Below, piece by piece: positions 9,260 to 18,849 of a stretch of 64,000 nt of DNA (position 1 is the stretch's first letter; the number at the start of each line of letters is the position of its first letter). A model generated the notes under the pieces. It had not been told where the DNA came from. It did no database searches and saw only the letters and a program-made list of their open reading frames with translations. The DNA lies in contig CAWDCQ010000048.1 of NCBI GenBank assembly GCA_963800775.1, forward strand, positions 7,493 through 71,492. Direction: 5' to 3'. Both the position numbers and the translations under genes were made by a program. The stretch is from an uncultured Methanomassiliicoccales archaeon. Lineage in GTDB: Archaea > Thermoplasmatota > Thermoplasmata > Methanomassiliicoccales > UBA472.

Positions 9260-10930
9260 TCATCGTCCCGTCCTTCGAATCCACCCGGGCCCAGGGGACT
9301 CGTTGCACCTGCAGGTCCACTCCGGCCCGAGGCACTCCATCCTTCCAGCACCGGCAGCGTCGACCAGGACCTGCCTCATCCGGGCCCGGGCGTCGATGTT
9401 ATGCATGGCCTCCTCGTAGCTGATGTTCCAGGAGGAGGCGATGCGGGCCACGCATTCGGAGCGCAGGGAACGGTCGAACACCGGGACGCCGGCCGCGTTG
9501 TCGAACACCACCAGCCGGTTGAACTCGCCCACCCCCCGGGCCCGGGCGCATTCCGCCATCTCCACCACCTTGCGCTCCTGGCGTTGGCTTCCGGCGACCC
9601 GGTTGAGGCCCAGGGTGATCACCATATCGGTGGCGCTGAACGCCTCCCCGGAAATGCCCAGGTCATGGACCACCCGTTCGAACACAGACCTTGCCGAGTC
9701 GCCGTGAATGGTCCCCAGCACCGAGGAACCGGCCTTGCCGGTGCGCATGCTCTCGTAGAGGGTCATCGCCTCCTTGCCCCGCACCTCGCCGAGGACGATG
9801 GCCGACTCGCCCAGCCGCAGCGAGACCCGCAGCGCCTCGTCCGTCCGGTCCTCCCGGTCCTGTCCCATCCGGTTCTCCACCAGCATCGACTGCACATTGA
9901 AGCCGAGACGCTGCATCTGGCGGCACGGAAGCTCCATAGTGTCCTCGATGGTCAGGATCCGCTGGCTTACCGGGAACTCGAAAAGGGAGGCGGAGAGCAG
10001 CGACGACTTGCCGGAACCGCGGGCCCCGCAGAACAGGATGGTGCTCCGGCCGTCGATGAGGAACGATATGAGTCCGGCGGTCACAGCGTCCATGGTCCCG
10101 TTGAACATGAACCGAGGCAGCGTCCACACGCTGCGCGAATGCCTTCTGAGCGCCAGCGCCGTGCCGTTCGGCGAGAGCGGCTTCCCAATGAACGTGGCCC
10201 GGGCATCGAAACCCGCCACGTCCGTTTCCAGCACCGGGAAGGCCTCCGAGAACGGCCTCCGGCTGTATTGCCGGAAACGCGAGACCGAGTCCTCGATCTC
10301 GCGTGGGGACGCGACGATGTTGGTCTGGCAGCGGACCACCGTCCCGGTCCCCCTGATGCCGCCCACGGTGACGTGGATGGGATTGTCCTGGCTGGGGGCG
10401 TCGACGTAGACATCCTCGATGCGGTCATCACCGAGCAGGACCTCGAACAGGCCGAGCCCTATGGTGTAGCGCGCGGTTACCTGGGCAAGCTTCTCCACCG
10501 TCGCGGACCTTTCCTTCTCGTCGGGACCGAGAGCGATGTGGTCCCGCAGGACGATACGCCGGATGCTGCCTTCAGCGGTCTCCTTCACGTAGCGGCGTAG
10601 CTCGTCGTAGGAACGGGACAAGTCCGCCGGGGGCCGGTTGGAAACGGATTCGATGGTCTCCTGGACAGCCAGCGACCACTCCTTCGGGATGTTGTATTCC
10701 CAGGGCGTGACATGGTAGTAGGTCTGGGTCCCCTTCGATAGTATCTGCACCCTGGAGTCCGAGACCGAATAATCCTCCGCCACCGTCGCCCCGTTCGCCT
10801 GAGCGGGCAAGGTCCAGCACTGGGAGAACCGGGGGCGTTTCATGCGGTCCCGGTTCAGGAGCTTAAGCAGGGACCTGGGGACCTCGTTCTGGCGGACTGC
10901 TGCCGGATCGACTATGATCCGGGGCATCAT
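9260..10930 (-). CDS. FlaI/VirB11-type secretion/pilus assembly ATPase
   Basis: Walker A is CGARGSGKSSLL, with TIEDTMEL and an LGEVRGKEA Walker B region. ATG 10930 overlaps the upstream stop as ATGA. The ORF-track N-terminus (to 11239) is out-of-gene read-through. Confidence 0.85.
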   Translation of the reverse strand: MMPRIIVDPAAVRQNEVPRSLLKLLNRDRMKRPRFSQCWTLPAQANGATVAEDYSVSDSRVQILSKGTQTYYHVTPWEYNIPKEWSLAVQETIESVSNRPPADLSRSYDELRRYVKETAEGSIRRIVLRDHIALGPDEKERSATVEKLAQVTARYTIGLGLFEVLLGDDRIEDVYVDAPSQDNPIHVTVGGIRGTGTVVRCQTNIVASPREIEDSVSRFRQYSRRPFSEAFPVLETDVAGFDARATFIGKPLSPNGTALALRRHSRSVWTLPRFMFNGTMDAVTAGLISFLIDGRSTILFCGARGSGKSSLLSASLFEFPVSQRILTIEDTMELPCRQMQRLGFNVQSMLVENRMGQDREDRTDEALRVSLRLGESAIVLGEVRGKEAMTLYESMRTGKAGSSVLGTIHGDSARSVFERVVHDLGISGEAFSATDMVITLGLNRVAGSQRQERKVVEMAECARARGVGEFNRLVVFDNAAGVPVFDRSLRSECVARIASSWNISYEEAMHNIDARARMRQVLVDAAGAGRMECLGPEWTCRCNESPGPGWIRRTGR

Positions 10931-11352
10931 TCCGAGACCCCCACAATGCGGAACGCCTCTTTGGCCACGGTCCGATCGATGCCCTTGGCCAGCGTTTCCA
11001 GCCTGGCCATTACCTGGGCGGTGGACGCGGCACAGGTATAGCATCCCGGACGGATGCTGGCGGTGACCGCCCGGCGGCGCAGGTCCTCCCAGGGCATAGG
11101 AGCACGTTCTGCGATGGCCGCGACCAGCTTCCGGGGGTCGTTCGGGCAGGACCGGCATTGCTCCCCGGCAGGAACGTTCAGGTTGCTGGAGCGGCAGGCG
11201 CGGACCAGTTCTGCGTAGGCGTTGAGCACCCGGACGCACCCTTCCCGGTAAAGCGATTCCCAGTCGCCTGAGAGCACGACCTCTCTTACTTCAGTCTGCT
11301 CGGCTAGGGCCAGGATCACTCCCCTCAGGCAAACGATGTCGTTCAGGTCCAT
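10927..11352 (-). CDS. Cys-rich hypothetical protein translationally coupled to the pilus ATPase
   Basis: 141 aa with CRSCPND and CYTCAAS pairs. Its stop overlaps the ATPase start. It may extend upstream (CRGCPRG, and the 65-aa ORF 11390..11587) through a frame break. Confidence 0.4.
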   Translation of the reverse strand: MDLNDIVCLRGVILALAEQTEVREVVLSGDWESLYREGCVRVLNAYAELVRACRSSNLNVPAGEQCRSCPNDPRKLVAAIAERAPMPWEDLRRRAVTASIRPGCYTCAASTAQVMARLETLAKGIDRTVAKEAFRIVGVSE

Positions 11353-11969
11353 GCCCCGGGGGCAGCCGCGGCAATCGAACAGCAGTCCGTCATCGGTCCG
11401 TCATGCACTTGCATCGGGACCCTTTCGGTTCCGCCGCCTGGACGACCGGCCTCTTTGCAACCAGAATTCGTTTTGCCCTCATACTATCTGCTACAGTGAC
11501 GGTCGTCCCGGGTAATCCCGGTTGCATGTAACTGTAAGCTACATCTGCGAGACTGGCAAAATCAAAAGGGACAAGCTCAGAGAACAAGTAAGCGGACTTC
11601 TTGAGATGGCCGGCGTGAGCTCAAGACGGGGCAACGTCGTAGTGATCGATAGCTTAGGCTCTGTCTCTTCATTCCTTAGGCTGTGATGTCCGGCCCATTA
11701 TGGTTCGTGTACACACTCGAAGAAAACTCCGTTGAGGGCGGCATCAAGGGGATAGTAGTTGATTCACGGATGATGGATATGCAAAGCGCGTAATGATGAG
11801 AAGATATGGTCTAGCTTATGCGAAGGCTCTGAGTCCATAATTCCTGCATTGACCTTGGATCTGTTCCGCAAGAATTCAATCAAGGCCTTGGCAGTGGATA
11901 ATCAGTTCCGAGCGGCGTCCCGATAAATAATCAGCATCTATTCATACTGGAATTACAAAGATACGCGTT

Positions 11970-12001
11970 TTAGATCGGGAGTTCAAATCTCCTTGGGCCC
12001 A
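11970..12001 (+). other. isolated tRNA 3' fragment (T-arm + acceptor 3' strand), possible att remnant
   Basis: GGGAG-TTCAAAT-CTCCT followed by TGGGCCC-A fits a T-arm plus a 7-nt acceptor strand and discriminator. No complementary GGGCCCA 5' strand lies within 120 nt upstream. Confidence 0.45.
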
Positions 12002-13578
12002 CTACATTTGCCAGCGTTTACCCTATCTTCCTGTTCTGGTACGACGGCGGTACAGAGTGACCTGGCTGCCCTTTTTGGGCAGCGAGACAGTTTGGCGTTG
12101 AGGCAACTCGGTTCTTCGACGCACAACGGCGCGGAGAGCTCATTATCATTCTTAGCGCAGCTTCCATCTCTCTGGTGACGAGACCTTGATGTATCAAAGA
12201 CCGGCCGAACGTCGAATCCTTCTTCATAATGACGGTTCATTGAATCTAGCCACCGACAATATCGTTGTGGAGGGACCTCGGGGCGTACTTCATTCGTCCT
12301 CTTTTCCAGATATTCCCGGGTGTTCCTGTTTTAAGGGCAAATTGGAAATCAACGTTTCACAACATGATCTCCACTCGCTTTAGGAAATGTCATCATGACA
12401 GATCCATAGACCTCTGGCAACGCCTGCGCTCAGTTCTTGTTCTTTCCTCTATACTCCTTGTTTTCTTTCCCGAGCGCAACAGGTTAGCGGAAGTTACCGT
12501 TCCAATCATACGGTTTCAAGTTCTTTGAAACGATTGGACAGGCTTGACGATATCGGGGCCCTTCTTACTCTGTTCTATAGTGTCATCTTCCGAGGCGTTG
12601 TTAACTCTTCGTTCTAAATTCTTCCTCTGACGGCCCATTATGAACTCTTCACGATATCTCCCGATCTTTTTGGTCCCGGTCAATTTTCGGCTTGATGATC
12701 GAATTAGGACGGGCGCTACCGCAAGGGTTACAACTTCCTCCTAAAACCCCCCTTAATAGGAGAGTCGCAAGTAAATATAGTTTAATCGATATAAAATAAA
12801 GTATAAAGGCCGTACTACGATGTTTCTATAGTATAACCCCCTGTAAATTTTGGCCATTTTCTTCATTCCAGTCAACTTATTTCTTTCCACGGCATTCATC
12901 ATAATTATCCCTATATTGTGCCCCAGACTCTGAAATACAGTGAAAGAAAACGACCACGCCTATTATATATTAGAGTATTCTGGCGGTATTTGCCATAAAA
13001 AGGGTCGATAACCATTTTGTTTAATAATTGACGTATTTCTTAACAATACAATCGGCCGATGTATCTTGAAGGATTGATCCTCGATTGGTTCTGGGGAAAA
13101 TAGTATCATATTAGGTCCTCCGTTTCCATTTTTGATGGCCCCATAGGAAATTGGATCGACAGGGTATTCCGTTTTTCATCAAGACACCACCGGGAAAGGG
13201 GCTTGGTTCTCCGATCGGGCGGAAATGAGAATGAAATTCTATGCTGGGATTCGGGTCAACCCCTTACTGAACTAAAGATCACCCTTCAGGAAGTTCCACA
13301 ACACTCTACTGGAAAAAAAGGTAATTCAGTTGTAATGATCTCGGGAAGTGAATTGATCCCGGGTCAATATTTGGAGATGATACGTTATTTTCACCTGCTC
13401 AATACTGGAATGGAACCGGGTCTATCAGTTCCTCATCAATAAAACCGTGTTTTTCGAGAATTTACGTGTTTTAGAATTCATATCGATCTGAACAAGGCCA
13501 AAATGAATTGGAAAACGATATTCCTAAGCCATTAACCACCATAAAACATAGTGGGAAGAATAGATCATATCATTATTA

Positions 13579-13611
13579 AATGTAATACAAAAGTCTTACT
13601 AATGTAATACA
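13579..13611 (+). promoter_or_regulatory. two direct AATGTAATACA repeats upstream of the RHH gene (candidate operator/promoter)
   Basis: Perfect 11-mers at 13579-13589 and 13601-13611, 22 bp apart, ending 15 nt before ATG 13626. The context is AT-rich and TATA-like. Confidence 0.35.
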
Positions 13612-13625
13612 TTATACCCATCATT

Positions 13626-14078
13626 ATGAGAACAGGTCATTATTTTGGAAAAACAAAGATCCCTAAGAACGGCGAGAAGAAAGAACGTTCGAAGGTGGTG
13701 GAGGAGGTGATCGAAGAAAGGAACGAACTGACGGAACACTTGATCAGCGATTCACCGAGCGTTCTCCGGTTGACGCCTGCTGAAGAAGGGAACGGCTCTG
13801 TCTCGATCCAAGAACACTTGATAAGATCTCTTACACCAACGGAAACGATCTCCCCGGTGGTTAACAATAAGATCGGAAAAGGGAACAGACGGGGCAAGAA
13901 CACCGTCGTGGTCAGTCTCCAGATGCCGATCGAACTGGTGAATATCCTAGACGAGATAGCGGATGCCGGGGCATTCCGCAACCGTTCCGATGTCATACTG
14001 CAGGCAGTGAGGGCATTCCCCGATGTGAGCCGGCGTATCTCAAAGCTCGAATCAAAGAGATCGCCCAAGATGAAATAG
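13626..14078 (+). CDS. ribbon-helix-helix (CopG-like) DNA-binding protein with long low-complexity N-terminus
   Basis: C-terminal TVVVSLQMPIELVNILDEIADAGAFRNRSDVILQAVRAF shows the strand-helix-helix pattern. Confidence 0.6.
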   Translation: MRTGHYFGKTKIPKNGEKKERSKVVEEVIEERNELTEHLISDSPSVLRLTPAEEGNGSVSIQEHLIRSLTPTETISPVVNNKIGKGNRRGKNTVVVSLQMPIELVNILDEIADAGAFRNRSDVILQAVRAFPDVSRRISKLESKRSPKMK

Positions 14079-14081
14079 AAA

Positions 14082-14267
14082 ATGACCGTTCTGAAAAGTA
14101 TCCGGGTTATCTTCTACCAAAACTGGAGATTCTTGGATCGTCAGATCCTCATGGATAGAAGTCCGCAATTCAATGGACACTTTGATATCGGATCAATCAT
14201 CGTTTCTCCGTCGCGAGCGATCATAGGATCATATGCATTGTTGTGGTTAAATTATCGGCAAGCCTGA
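14082..14267 (+). CDS. small hypothetical ORF abutting the RHH gene
   Basis: 61-aa ORF whose ATG starts 3 nt after the RHH stop. I recognise no motif in it. Confidence 0.25.
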   Translation: MTVLKSIRVIFYQNWRFLDRQILMDRSPQFNGHFDIGSIIVSPSRAIIGSYALLWLNYRQA

Positions 14268-14295
14268 CCCGTTTTAAATTAGAGGTAACGTTAGA

Positions 14296-15758
14296 TCAGC
14301 AAGACCTGGTGGCCACTGATTTTTCCTCATCAGCTTCAATTCTTCCGGTTCTCACCGCTTCTAATAGCGCTTCGTAATCCTTCAGGTTCTGCCTGGCATA
14401 TTGCTGGGCGAAAGAAGCCAGCGACCTATCGAAAACATCACCCTTTCCAAGGTATCCCGATATCATCGCTGCATCGCCCGAACGTGCATGTGCCTTTGCC
14501 AACGCCATACTGCAAATCCTAGCGTATATTGACAGTAGCTCATAATTGGCCTCGACATGATTGAAGAGATAATTTATGTTCCTAGTTTGACGTATGTAGT
14601 AATGTCGCTCATTTATCGTAACCCAGCCCAGCATGATGTCACTATCCGCCTGGATCATCCTCTGACCCTCGACGACCCTTTGTCCCTGATGTGAGTATTC
14701 GCTCTTAGCGACATAAGGTTCGTACACTGAATGGGCTGCTTCCTTTATCTGCAAGAACAAAGGATCTTTGGCCTCGGCAAGAAGGGGCAAGGCCCACTGG
14801 GTCCCTATGCTCCCAACGCCTACTACCTTTATGGCAAAGTCCTCAAGGTGGTATCGGTCGAATAATATGCGGGGGGACGCGCTTAGGGAATGGCGATACT
14901 TTCTGAAGATCTCATCGATATCCGGCCATGCATTATCTTCCTTCAAATGGCAGATTAGGGGCGGTTGGTCGATCAAATGCATGTGTCCTTCCACGGAATT
15001 GGATATCTTCGGGTATGAGCGAGGGGTGAGCCGCCACCTCTCGGTCTTCTTGGCTTTTTTCATGGCCTTCAATGAGCCTTGGTCTTTGTCTACGGACAAA
15101 CCCATGTGAAGATCCGGCTGGAAGAACCACATTTCCATTACGTGCATCTTCGCTAGCACGCTCATAAACTCACGATAATTCTTGCCGCAGATGACCGCAA
15201 GTTCCAGGCAATTTCGTTCCGATAGCCGTCTTTCCATCCCGGAGACGTAGAGACTGGCCGCTAGCCTCTTCAGGTCCCATTCCCATGGTGCTCGAATCGT
15301 TTCATCGAAATCATCGATATCGAACACGACATTCCCTTCTGGTGTGGCAGAGAATCCAAAGTTGGCGATGTGACAGTCCCCACCCGCCTGAACATGGATA
15401 CCAGTGATCGGAGTTGCGGAGAGATCATAGGCCATCATCGCCCCCGCCCCCCTGAGATAATTAAAGGGGCTCTGGGCCATCCGACCGTGACGTATGGGGA
15501 GCAGCTCCGGCAACCGGACCTCTCCGTTTCCAGCATGATATCTATCGGGTCCGGGCGGTTCGAGGACGGTTCCCAGCAAGCATGATCGGTCCTCGGCACA
15601 TTCTCACGAATCACTCTGCCGATTTGGACGCGTTGTGCCGCGGTAACGAAATCGGGCCTGTGGGTCGGAATGATCCCCTCCCGATCTTCCGACGATTCCC
15701 TTTGGCCCTTTACTCCAAGGTTCGCCATTTTATTTTGCCCTCGATCGTATCGTTCCAT
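14296..15758 (-). pseudogene. DUF2252-family protein, one frame break near 15520
   Basis: PIRHGRMAQSPFNYLRGAGAMMAYDL, GDCHIANFG and FDIDDFDE are present. The N-terminus (PRTDHACWEPSSNRPDPI) lies in ORF 15435..15770. Confidence 0.7.
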
Positions 15759-15994
15759 TGTGATTCCCAAGATATAAAGAAAGTTGTTTGGCCCTGGACG
15801 TGGATAATGACCACATAATCGGTTCCCTTATAACTAATCGTAACGATGGTGCCAATTATTTTCTGGAATTCATCCTGACATTGTCATTCAGATACAGTGG
15901 ATCAGCTGTCAATTAGGTTATAGAATAGATTGAAAAAGAATTGAATTGGGCCTCTGTATTTTTGATGCGTTAATTGATATAGCCAATTGAATCT

Positions 15995-16009
15995 GACTGA
16001 CCGTCAGTC
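15995..16009 (+). promoter_or_regulatory. perfect inverted repeat GACTGAC-c-GTCAGTC, candidate TetR operator
   Basis: A 7+1+7 palindrome ending 13 nt before the tetR-like ATG at 16022. Confidence 0.5.
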
Positions 16010-16021
16010 TAAGGTTTTCAA

Positions 16022-16567
16022 ATGCCCCGGTCAAAAAAAGCCGCATCCGAACGCCGTCTCGAGTTCATCAACGCGGCCGAGGCTCTGTTCAATGAGAAGG
16101 GATTCGAGAACACCTCCATCGACGACATAGTCCAGCGTGTCGATGTCGCGAAGGGGCTGTTCTATTATTATTTCAAATCGAGGGAGGAGCTCCTAGCCGC
16201 CATCGTTGATCGGATCCTCGATGAGATGGAAAAGGTGGTCATAGAAGCAACTAGGAAAGAAGGCCTGACCGCCATGCAGCGTCTAAAGGAGATGTCCACA
16301 TCCTCTGAAGCGATACGGCTCCGGTCAGGAAAGCTTATGAATTACTTCCGTGAGGAGCGAAACCAGGCGTTACATCTCCAGCTCGAGGTCCGCACTATGA
16401 AGTTCCTTGTTCCAGCAATGGAGGCGATAATCGAACAGGGCGTCATTGAAGGTGTGTTTAACACCCCCTACCCTAGGGAAAGTGCCATCGCACTATTCGG
16501 TATTGAGGGAGTGATGGATCATACCCAAACCGGTACCGATTATTGCGAGGACATGAAGGACCGCTAA
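16022..16567 (+). CDS. TetR/AcrR family transcriptional regulator
   Basis: N-terminal HTH: RRLEFINAAEALFNEKGFENTSIDDIVQRVDVAKGLFYYYFKSREEL. Confidence 0.85.
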   Translation: MPRSKKAASERRLEFINAAEALFNEKGFENTSIDDIVQRVDVAKGLFYYYFKSREELLAAIVDRILDEMEKVVIEATRKEGLTAMQRLKEMSTSSEAIRLRSGKLMNYFREERNQALHLQLEVRTMKFLVPAMEAIIEQGVIEGVFNTPYPRESAIALFGIEGVMDHTQTGTDYCEDMKDR

Positions 16568-16737
16568 GATCATCGCATTCCTAGCGAAACCTCCTGGGAG
16601 CTAAAGAAGGAACATTCTCCGAGTTCCTAAAAGAATTGAAGTGCCACAGAATGGAAACTGGCAATTGAACTGATCATATCAAAGGAAGTGTTACGCTGTT
16701 CGGAAAGAAAAAAGAAGCAAAGGAAGACGGGGGTCCA

Positions 16738-18794
16738 TTGGCGCCCGAGGAGGGCTCGAAGAACCGTACTCGCTCCCTCATCATGATCGGGCTGGCGCTG
16801 GGCATGTTGCTGGCAAGACCTGGACCCGGGACCGGTTGTGGGCACTAGTTTACCCAAGATCGTGGGAGGAATTGGCGGAATGAGCCTGTTCTCCTGGTTG
16901 TTCACTGCCTATATCCTCGCCGAGGCAGTGCCATACCCCATGGCCGGAAAGATGTCGGATCGCTTTGGCCGGAGGTCCGTTTTCCTGGTCGGTATCGGGC
17001 TGTTCCTTGTCGGTTCGATCGTGGCGGAGAGCATGTCCAACTCCATGGAAATGCTGATCGCCTGCCGGTTCGTGCAGGGCATTGGAGCAGGTGTCATCAT
17101 GCCAGTGGCCATGGCTACCGTGGCAGATCTGTATGCTCCATCCGAACTTGGCCGCATGCAGGGCCTGTTGGGAGCCGTATTCGCCGTGGCCAGCGTCATA
17201 GGTCCGTTCCTTGGTGGTTTCATCGTCGAGAACATGAGCTGGCGCTGGGTGTTCTATGTCAACCTGCCAGTGGGCATCCTAGCGATTGCGCTGACGGCTA
17301 CGATGTTCCCCAAACATGTAAAAGAAACTACGAAGCGCATGGACTTCCTGGGCATCGCCGCTCTTGCTACCTCACTTTCTACTTTCCTCCTGGTCCTAAC
17401 TTGGGAGAGACAACTTATTCATGGACAAGTCTGGAGATAATCGGTCTTAGTCTTCTGTCGGTGGTAGCACTGATAGCGTTCATAACGATTGAGCGCAAAG
17501 CCGAGGACCCCATCCTGCCGCTACGTATGTTCCATGAGCGAATATTCACTTTGAGCAGCGCAGGCCTGATGATAGTAGGTGTGGGGCTGTTCGGGTAATT
17601 TCGTTCCTACCAGATGTTCCTACAGGCGGTCGTCGGGATGAGCCCCACCAACAGCGGGGGACGCTGATACCGTTGATGATCGGTCTGATGTTCACCGTGG
17701 TGATCAGCGGGTTCTTGCTAAAGCGCACCGGGTACAAGGTCTGGCTGGTGGCCGGACCGCCCGGTATCCGCAGTTGGTCTATATCTGCTGTCGACACTCA
17801 ATGCCAACAGTTCCCAGACCGAAGCGATAATTTATACTCTAATAATTGGCATGGGCATTGGAATGGTCATGTCGAACTTCATGGTTGCGACACAAGGAAT
17901 GTCACGTCTAAGAAGGACATGGGTGTGGTGACTTCGTCATTGACGCTGTTCCGAAGCCTGGGGTCGGCGATGGGGGTGGCTTTCCTCGGCTCGGTCATTA
18001 ACCGACAGATGGCCGTGGAGCTGGGAAAGAACCTGCCTGCAGGAGCAGCTGCCGTACTGCCAGCTACCGACGTCAACACCCTCGGTGGACTGTTGCTAAA
18101 TCCGATCGCTGCAGCACAGATACCGGTTCCCATATTGGAAGCCATCCGGCTTTCGTTGAGCAACAGCATGACCTATATGTTCCTGATAGCGGGCGTGATC
18201 GTGTTGTGCGCAATCCTTGCCAGCTTGTTCGTAAAAAGCGTGCCGCTGAAGACACCTGATGAGTATCATGAGAAAGAACCCAGTGCGATAGCGTCAAAGA
18301 ACGTTTACAAGAGAATATTAATCCCTACTGACGGGAGCAAATACAGCCGGTCAGCGGTCGAACATGCACTCAGAAGTTGCCGTAAATCGAACGCTGAGGT
18401 CACACTATTGAACGTAATAGACATCACGAAGCTGGCCTGGACGCCCCAGGTACTATCGTCCACACCACAGGCTTCTTCCATGGCCATATCGTCAGATGCC
18501 GTGATTGGAGAAGCAATAGCGATGGCTAAGAAAAGAGGCGTAAAGGCGGACACACAGGTCAGGACGGGAGACCCTGCAATAATAATAAACGAATTGTCCG
18601 GTAACTACGATCTGATAATCATGGGTACCCGGGGTCTCCACGGATTGCCCCAAATGATTTTGGGAAGTGTTGCAGAAAAGGTCGCCAGAGATTCCAAGTG
18701 CCCGGTTAAGGTGGTAAAAGACGACCAATTGGTGGATGGTCGGACCCTTCTAAAATTTTTGAGGTCTAAGAATCCACTAAAGGGTGACGACTAG
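16738..18794 (+). pseudogene. DHA2/EmrB-type MFS transporter fused to a C-terminal universal stress protein (UspA) domain; at least 3 frame breaks
   Basis: Fragments 16838..17440, 17401..17598 and 17673..18794 belong to one gene. MFS motifs are GKMSDRFGRRSVFLVG and RFVQGIGAGVIMP. The USP domain (YKRILIPTDGS...IIMGTRGLHGL..ILGSVAEKV) is in frame from about 18306 with no start codon of its own. Confidence 0.7.
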
Positions 18795-18849
18795 TTTCGT
18801 TAGGGATCGAGCAGGGGGATGCAACTGATGCGTGATTCCCCCGCCCATT

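Noticed and set aside
11900-12005. Possibility that the T-arm/acceptor match is a complete tRNA gene, perhaps with an intron.
   Set aside because: No 5' acceptor strand complementary to TGGGCCC, and no D-arm or anticodon arm, could be found within ~120 nt upstream. It is kept only as a fragment.
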